13,972 bases of DNA from positions 1 to 13,972 of the IMG/VR virus record IMGVR_UViG_3300013105_000004; one strand, written 5' to 3'. Below, in pieces: positions 7,955 through 12,164 of this stretch; position 1 is the first letter of the stretch, and each line of letters starts with the position of its first letter. A program made the translations under genes and the position numbers. This DNA is from a virus. Taxonomy: Duplodnaviria > Heunggongvirae > Uroviricota > Caudoviricetes. The notes beneath the pieces were generated by a model. That model made no database searches. It had not been told where the DNA came from and was given only the letters and a program-made list of their open reading frames with translations.

Positions 7955-8368
7955 TTACTTGCCTGTACGTTCGTACTGAGCTTTTCGCTGCTCTGGCGTA
8001 CGCTTCTTCTTACTAGCGTACATCGCTTTATAAGCAGCAGTGCATTCATCGCATCTGCAACCTTTCGCGTAGGCGTTCGTCGTTCCGCATTTTGACGGGA
8101 GCCGACTTCTTGACGCTGCATAGTTGCAGACCTTGTGACTGAAGGAGATGTTGTCCATCGAGAAGAACAGGTTTACAGGGTCTTCGCTATCGAGCCAATC
8201 TTCCTTATGTTCAATCGAGAACGTTTCACGACTCATCGGCTTTCCGCACCTGTAGCACGCATTTTGCCCAGTCGTTAGTACAAAGTGGTACAGAATGTCT
8301 TTACCTAGTTTCGCATGCGCTTTACTTGCGCTCATTCCGAGTTGTTTCGATTTCTTGTCTTCAGTCAT
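7955..8368 (-). CDS. HNH endonuclease with zinc-binding CxxC motifs, 137 aa, inserted in the tRNA array
   Basis: CYRC...SIEHKEDW...NISFSHKVCN HNH-type pattern and C-terminal CGT..AY..GCRCDEC motif. Fills the whole Cys-Arg spacer. Confidence 0.78.
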   Translation of the reverse strand: MTEDKKSKQLGMSASKAHAKLGKDILYHFVLTTGQNACYRCGKPMSRETFSIEHKEDWLDSEDPVNLFFSMDNISFSHKVCNYAASRSRLPSKCGTTNAYAKGCRCDECTAAYKAMYASKKKRTPEQRKAQYERTGK

Positions 8369-8374
8369 AATATC

Positions 8375-8450
8375 TGGATACGCTAACCGGAGTTGAACCG
8401 GCCTATCTCGTTTTGCAGACGAGTACCTACATCCGCTCGGCCATAGCGTA
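8375..8450 (-). tRNA. trnC: tRNA-Cys (GCA)
   Basis: TACGCTA/TAGCGTA acceptor, U73, CTCGT-CTGCAAA-ACGAG, TTCAACT, CCA. Confidence 0.93.
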
Positions 8451-8455
8451 CTTTC

Positions 8456-8529
8456 TGGTGGACCTGTGGGTAATCGAAACCCAGCATCGCTCCGTGCAAG
8501 GGAGGACGACGTAACCTACGCTCAAGCCC
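8456..8529 (-). tRNA. trnA: tRNA-Ala (TGC)
   Basis: GGGCTTG/CAGGTCC acceptor with the G3:U70 Ala determinant, loop CTTGCAC, TTCGATT, ACCA. Confidence 0.92.
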
Positions 8530-8579
8530 AATGTTCGTCACGTTAATTTATGTAGACGCTGCGTGTCAGCGCCGTTGGA

Positions 8580-8654
8580 TGGTAGTCAGTGAGTATTTCG
8601 AAAACTCGACCTTCGCCTTGTAAGGGCGCTGCTCTTCCTCTGAGCTAACCGACC
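8580..8654 (-). tRNA. trnV: tRNA-Val (TAC)
   Basis: GGTCGGT/ACTGACT acceptor, GCTC/GAGC D-stem, loop CTTACAA, ACCA. Confidence 0.92.
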
Positions 8655-8660
8655 GTTGTT

Positions 8661-8737
8661 TGGTATTCCCAGCGGGATTCAAACCCGCGTCCAAGGATTG
8701 AAAGTCCGAGTGTCCTAGATCGCTAGACGATGAGAAT
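8661..8737 (-). tRNA. trnE: tRNA-Glu (TTC)
   Basis: ATTCTCA/TGGGAAT acceptor, loop CTTTCAA on a weak stem (3 pairs), GCGGG-TTTGAAT-CCCGC, ACCA. Confidence 0.83.
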
Positions 8738-8738
8738 A

Positions 8739-8830
8739 TGGTGCGTGCAGAAGGAATTGAACCTCCACCGGGTCGTGCCCACCACTGTTTTACAGACAGC
8801 GCCGACTTAACCAATATTCGGCTTACACGC
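8739..8830 (-). tRNA. trnY: tRNA-Tyr (GTA)
   Basis: GCGTGTA/TGCACGC acceptor, CTGT-CTGTAAA-ACAG, long variable arm, TTCAATT, ACCA. Confidence 0.92.
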
Positions 8831-8836
8831 GTTGTT

Positions 8837-8911
8837 TGGTGCGCCCCGATGGTAACGATCCATCCTCGAATGCTTTTCAGGCAAACGCTAATCCATCTCA
8901 GCTAGAGGCAC
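8837..8911 (-). tRNA. trnF: tRNA-Phe (GAA)
   Basis: GTGCCTC/GGGGCGC acceptor, loop CTGAAAA, GATGG-ATCGTTA-CCATC, ACCA. Confidence 0.92.
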
Positions 8912-9084
8912 AAATTCACTTACGCCAAAGCCCGGAGGGGCTAGTCCCGGTATTTCGTGGTTCATGAGGCCACGGTAGCCATGTAGGATAGCAGCCTCAC
9001 CAGAGCTTGGGAATCGAACCATCTGCTATCGTTGTGCGTGAGCGGTACATAACCGGGCCTCACTACTTTGGAGTAAATAAATTT
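8912..9084 (-). ncRNA. Candidate novel 173-nt structured ncRNA between tRNA-His and tRNA-Phe
   Basis: A 19-position terminal helix (9084-9066 with 8930-8912; 2 G.U, 1 mismatch) spans the spacer exactly. Internal helices GATAGCAG/CTGCTATC, CCCGG/CCGGG and CGTGG/CCACG, plus a TTCGATT T-loop. Confidence 0.65.
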
Positions 9085-9158
9085 TGGTGTGACGTTGAGT
9101 TTCGATCTCTATCCACCTGTTTCACAGACAGGTATGCTCCCATTACACTATCGTCACC
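9085..9158 (-). tRNA. trnH: tRNA-His (GTG), genomic G-1 with A73
   Basis: CCTGT-CTGTGAA-ACAGG anticodon arm, GTGACG/CGTCAC acceptor, T-loop ATCGAAA, ACCA. Confidence 0.86.
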
Positions 9159-9163
9159 ACTGT

Positions 9164-9240
9164 TGGTACGGACTGTGGGAGTCGAACCCACAAAATCTTG
9201 CTTCTAAGGCAAGCACGTAAACCAGTTCCGTCAAGTCCGC
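9164..9240 (-). tRNA. trnL: tRNA-Leu (TAG) with short variable loop
   Basis: GCGGACT/AGTCCGT acceptor, CTTGC-CTTAGAA-GCAAG, 5-nt variable loop ATTTT, GTGGG-TTCGACT-CCCAC, ACCA. Confidence 0.9.
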
Positions 9241-9330
9241 ATTGTTCGTGGCCGATTTTCTTTACGGGTACGGACCAACCCGCCTAAGGTAGCGATTCTC
9301 AGGGTACTCTGCCCTGCACGGGCCGAGACT

Positions 9331-9404
9331 TGGAGCAGGATGCCGGGATCGAACCGGCCTCAACGACTTGGAAGGACGCGGCACAGCCACTATACCAATC
9401 CTGC
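9331..9404 (-). tRNA. trnG: tRNA-Gly (TCC)
   Basis: GCAGGAT/ATCCTGC acceptor, U73, loop CTTCCAA, GCCGG-TTCGATC-CCGGC, CCA. Confidence 0.92.
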
Positions 9405-9474
9405 TTTGTTGGTTTCAGGCGCAAGATTCACTTGCCTTGGAACTGCCAGCTTTGTACGCTGACAACCCTACTTC

Positions 9475-9550
9475 TGGCGCGATGTATCGGTTTCGATCCG
9501 ATTACCCTCTGCTCGACAGGCAGACGCTCTCCCGATTGAGCTAACACCGC
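9475..9550 (-). tRNA. trnD: tRNA-Asp (GTC)
   Basis: GCGGTGT/ACATCGC acceptor, G73, TCTGC-CTGTCGA-GCAGA, ATCGG-ATCGAAA-CCGAT, CCA. Confidence 0.93.
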
Positions 9551-9556
9551 ATATTC

Positions 9557-9838
9557 TTACATTAGCTTCCGCATCAGGCGGAAGTTGTTTGCTACCACTA
9601 CGACGTACACTGCGCAAACAGCACCCAGCAGCCACGGGAACGGCAGCAGGAATGTGCAGGCTAGAGCTAGTAGCACAGCCTTCGGTACAGCGAGGCCAGC
9701 AAACGTACCTAGATGCTTAATGAACAACGACATCAGCGGGTTTGCCTCGGAGGCTACGCCTGCATCGATCAAACTTTTTGTAGAGTACCCGTCACACATC
9801 TGAAGCACACAGAGGACTACAAACAAAATGGCTGACAT
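9557..9838 (-). CDS. Small membrane protein, DUF5658-like, 93 aa
   Basis: AAAGGAA RBS, three hydrophobic stretches, and a D..ST.....G...EANP.M motif that I associate with DUF5658. Confidence 0.72.
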   Translation of the reverse strand: MSAILFVVLCVLQMCDGYSTKSLIDAGVASEANPLMSLFIKHLGTFAGLAVPKAVLLALACTFLLPFPWLLGAVCAVYVVVVANNFRLMRKLM

Positions 9839-9853
9839 GCTATTCCTTTATCT

Positions 9854-9932
9854 TGGCTCCGTACCTTGGAATCGAACCAAGCTAAACTCTGCTTAACAGG
9901 CAGGCCCATGCGCCATGCTCGGGTTGTACGAA
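9854..9932 (-). tRNA. trnN: tRNA-Asn (GTT)
   Basis: TTCGTAC/GTACGGA acceptor, G73, CTGC-CTGTTAA-GCAG, CTTGG-TTCGATT-CCAAG, CCA. Confidence 0.92.
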
Positions 9933-10003
9933 ATTGTAAGTTACCTCTGTGTCCAACTCTCGGCCGTATAGGAAGGATGTGGTTGGCGACACTGAGGCGG
10001 TAT

Positions 10004-10076
10004 TGGTTGCGGATGAGGGATTTGAACCCTTCTTTCGGGTTATGAGCCCATTGTGCTACCGTTACACCACACCGCA
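10004..10076 (-). tRNA. trnfM: tRNA-Met (CAT), initiator (fMet)-like
   Basis: GGG-CTCATAA-CCC, with the three consecutive G-C pairs that mark initiators. TTCAAAT T-loop and CCGCAACCA end as in bacterial tRNA-fMet. T1-A72. Confidence 0.87.
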
Positions 10077-10202
10077 ATTGTTCGGAACTACACTTAAAGG
10101 CTGTAGGCACCTGTAATTTCCTGTTTCTTGGTATTACTACCTCAGTGAGAGTAGATTAACTCACGCCGCTTCTGCGATTGCTCTGCTACAGCGACAAGTA
10201 GG

Positions 10203-10231
10203 ATATTACCATACGAAGCACTACTTGTCAA
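10203..10231 (-). promoter_or_regulatory. Sigma70-type internal promoter of the tRNA array
   Basis: TTGACA-N17-TAATAT. A 9-bp inverted repeat GACAAGTAG/CTACTTGTC (10193-10201, 10221-10229) overlaps it. Confidence 0.78.
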
Positions 10232-10255
10232 GCTTTGCGCTAACGCGCTGAATTC

Positions 10256-10330
10256 TGGTCAGGGATGCAAGACTCGAACTTGCGTCTCAGGCATCCAAGG
10301 CCCGCCGATTAACCGCTATCCTAATCCCTG
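10256..10330 (-). tRNA. trnP: tRNA-Pro (TGG)
   Basis: CAGGGAT/ATCCCTG acceptor, CGGGC-CTTGGAT-GCCTG, GCAAG-TTCGAGT-CTTGC, ACCA. Confidence 0.93.
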
Positions 10331-10419
10331 AAAAGAGTTTAACGACATACGTTTGTTGGTCGGGACATTCTCGGATTCCGCTACGCCAGTTCATCACGAG
10401 TCTCAACTGGAAAGCGTTC

Positions 10420-10503
10420 TGGTGCCGCCTGTAGGATTTGAACCTACGTGGATTTCTCGCCGGGTTACAAAGCCGGTGCTTTCGACCTCTCAGCCAAAGC
10501 GGC
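10420..10503 (-). tRNA. trnT: tRNA-Thr (TGT) with an unusually long variable region
   Basis: GCCGCTT/AGGCGGC acceptor (G1-C72, C2-G71), loop TTTGTAA with C31.C39 mismatch, 12-nt variable region, GTAGG-TTCAAAT-CCTAC, ACCA. Confidence 0.82.
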
Positions 10504-10815
10504 AAATTCGTCCCGGTTACACCCTCCGGGGCTACACTTAAAGCCGGTAGCTGCCTAGCTGTTAGTCCCGCTTACTTTTACGGGGACGCCGAAGCGCCAG
10601 CGGGCAACCAACCCAAGGAGAACATCGGAAGAGTAGTCGCCTACGACAACACTGGAGCAATCCGTAGCGTGTCGTTTCGGGGACAGGTGTACGCCGGGAG
10701 AACATGCAACGAGTTCTCCTTCGAGATATGGATCAACCTCCTTTCGGAATTGAAACAGTGGCGACTACTCTAATTCTGCAACCAGCGGTTTGTTCTGGAT
10801 GCTTTATCTGTTACG
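10504..10815 (-). ncRNA. Candidate novel ~310-nt structured RNA/leader between the promoter and tRNA-Thr
   Basis: Perfect 12-bp long-range helix (10760-10771/10630-10641), several nested hairpins, and GAAA and cUUCGg tetraloops on the minus strand. No convincing ORF. Confidence 0.6.
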
Positions 10816-10822
10816 TACTGAG

Positions 10823-10851
10823 AGTATACAGTACGCAGCTCTACTTGTCAA
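10823..10851 (-). promoter_or_regulatory. Sigma70-type promoter at the head of the ncRNA/tRNA array
   Basis: TTGACA-N17-TATACT with TG before the -10, immediately after the HNH stop codon. Confidence 0.82.
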
Positions 10852-10854
10852 GTT

Positions 10855-11589
10855 TTACGCACTTACGTGGTTCCACGTGATACCCTTCGCAATGCTGTAC
10901 ACAGTGTAATACTTAAAACCTGTAGCCTTTGCTACCTCGCCGGGTGTTGCACCTGTCGCGAGTGCTTGCTTGATCCTGCGGGCATCGTCGTTTGTGAGCA
11001 CAGCATTCTTACGCTGCTCTCCGAGCTTGTGAAGCCCGTTTTCAATCGAATGCGCAACGTTGTCTTTGTAATCGAGCCATTCCAGATTGCTTACGTTGTT
11101 GTTGAGCTTGTTTCCGTCCTTGTGGTTCACTGTCGGCAGGTCATCCGGGTTTGGAATGAAGGCTGTAGCAACGATGCGGTGAATGTACACTTTCTTGTTC
11201 CCGACCTTGTTCAATGCCAAGTACCCAGAGCTGATGATACCCGGACGAAGCCAGCGACAGTGCATGTGGGACCACACCTTGCCATCCCGTGTCACGGACC
11301 ACGCGCCATTAGATTCTAGCACCGGGCGGGATTCAAGCGCTTCGAACTCCGCTATACGCTCCTTGCGCGCGATCTTCTTCTGCTCTGCCGCATCAACAAC
11401 TTCTTTACCAACTTTAGCGACTCGCTTCTCACGCTTCAGGGTCTTACGTACGAGACGAAGTTGCTCTACGATATCATCCCGTCCGCTTGCTGCGTACGTT
11501 TTGATAGCAATGTGAAGGGCTTGACGCGAAACGCCTTTGGCCCGTTCTACAGCTTCGTCCAAGGTTAATTCACTCCAGCTCTTCGCCAT
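10855..11589 (-). CDS. HNH homing endonuclease (I-HmuI-like) with N-terminal helical extension and C-terminal HTH-like region, 244 aa
   Basis: WSVTRDGKVWS (NUMOD4-like), YIHRIVATAFIPNPDDLPTVNHKDGNKLNNNVSNLEW canonical HNH motif, AAGGAG RBS. Confidence 0.92.
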   Translation of the reverse strand: MAKSWSELTLDEAVERAKGVSRQALHIAIKTYAASGRDDIVEQLRLVRKTLKREKRVAKVGKEVVDAAEQKKIARKERIAEFEALESRPVLESNGAWSVTRDGKVWSHMHCRWLRPGIISSGYLALNKVGNKKVYIHRIVATAFIPNPDDLPTVNHKDGNKLNNNVSNLEWLDYKDNVAHSIENGLHKLGEQRKNAVLTNDDARRIKQALATGATPGEVAKATGFKYYTVYSIAKGITWNHVSA

Positions 11590-11613
11590 TTTCTACTCCT
11601 TGGGTTAATGTGT

Positions 11614-11955
11614 TCATGCTTCTTGGATGGTGTGCATATCAAGGCGAGGGGCGGAAGGCTTCTTCGCTACGTCTCCGGGGACGAGCGGAGTGCTAACACC
11701 CTTCGCCTTGATTTCTGCGATCTGACGGTTCAGTTCGTCCTTGTTGATCTGGTCCGTGATACGAATCTTCAGATCGAGGATCGTTTCTGCCAGCTTCAAT
11801 CGCTCCTTCAGCGTCAGCTTGTTTTCTGCGTCAGCCAGCGACTCAGCCATCAGGTCAATCGCATCGATTGTTACCTTGTCCAGTGATTTTGCGAGGTCAG
11901 CAAGTTCATGCTTCTTCTTCACGAAGATTTGCCCCTCTCGTAGTGCTACTGCCAT
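11614..11955 (-). CDS. Helical hypothetical protein, 113 aa; candidate terminase small subunit (function inferred only)
   Basis: CAGGAG RBS and its own consensus promoter. Size, helical character and position at the head of the late-strand block fit terS, but there is no diagnostic motif. Confidence 0.7.
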   Translation of the reverse strand: MAVALREGQIFVKKKHELADLAKSLDKVTIDAIDLMAESLADAENKLTLKERLKLAETILDLKIRITDQINKDELNRQIAEIKAKGVSTPLVPGDVAKKPSAPRLDMHTIQEA

Positions 11956-11976
11956 GTGTTACTCCTGAAAGTTCCT

Positions 11977-12005
11977 ATTATAATTCACGATCCCATTTTT
12001 GTCAA
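11977..12005 (-). promoter_or_regulatory. Consensus sigma70 promoter
   Basis: TTGACA-N17-TATAAT upstream of ORF 11614-11955. Confidence 0.85.
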
Positions 12006-12164
12006 CTTTAAGCAACACTGCTATTGACTTTACTTTAGTTATATCTATAGTAGTACTTAACTACCTATTTATTGTTCCCCTTCAGGGAACATATAGTAGT
12101 AGTTTATAAATATTACTTCTTTATTGTTTCTTTACTCCCTCACTCGCTGCGCTCGTTCGGTCGT

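Noticed and set aside
9008-9066. Pseudo-tRNA call from the TTCGATT loop
   Set aside because: There is no acceptor pairing, anticodon stem or CCA. The loop is nested inside a larger helix and better explained as part of the 173-nt RNA.
7683-9240. TGA and TAG anticodons read as stop-codon suppressors (genetic code reassignment)
   Set aside because: Anticodons UGA and UAG decode Ser UCA and Leu CUA. Suppressors would need UCA or CUA anticodons, and none is present. The long ORFs are intact under the standard code.
10562-10705. 47-codon minus-strand ORF after an AAGGAG
   Set aside because: It has an Arg/Cys/Pro-rich random-like sequence, and its RBS and start lie within a stable hairpin. It is kept only as an alternative hypothesis.
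7336-10773. ORFs overlapping tRNA genes (7336-7542, 7709-7891, 8566-8814, 9007-9207, 9330-9539, 9817-10110, 10287-10505, 10438-10773)
   Set aside because: They run through intact cloverleaves and are better explained as chance frames.
7276-10815. tRNA-associated HDV-like (theta) or hammerhead ribozymes in the spacers
   Set aside because: By eye I found no HDV-like P1/P2/P3 nested pattern with a J4/2 catalytic C, and no CUGAUGA...GAAA core. A descriptor search (RNArobo/Infernal) would be needed to exclude them fully.
10504-10815. tmRNA, RNase P RNA or group I intron
   Set aside because: There is no tRNA-like acceptor or CCA end with a tag frame, no GAGGAAAGUCC, and no P/Q/R/S elements in the right order.
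12024-12051. Extra plus-strand promoter TTGACT-N16-TATAGT
   Set aside because: Spacing is suboptimal, and such matches arise easily in very AT-rich DNA.
12138-12163. Resemblance of CACTCGCTGCGCTCGTTCGGTCG to a ColE1/pUC origin-flanking sequence
   Set aside because: The match is short and rearranged with no further vector-like sequence. It is insufficient to claim contamination or an origin function.
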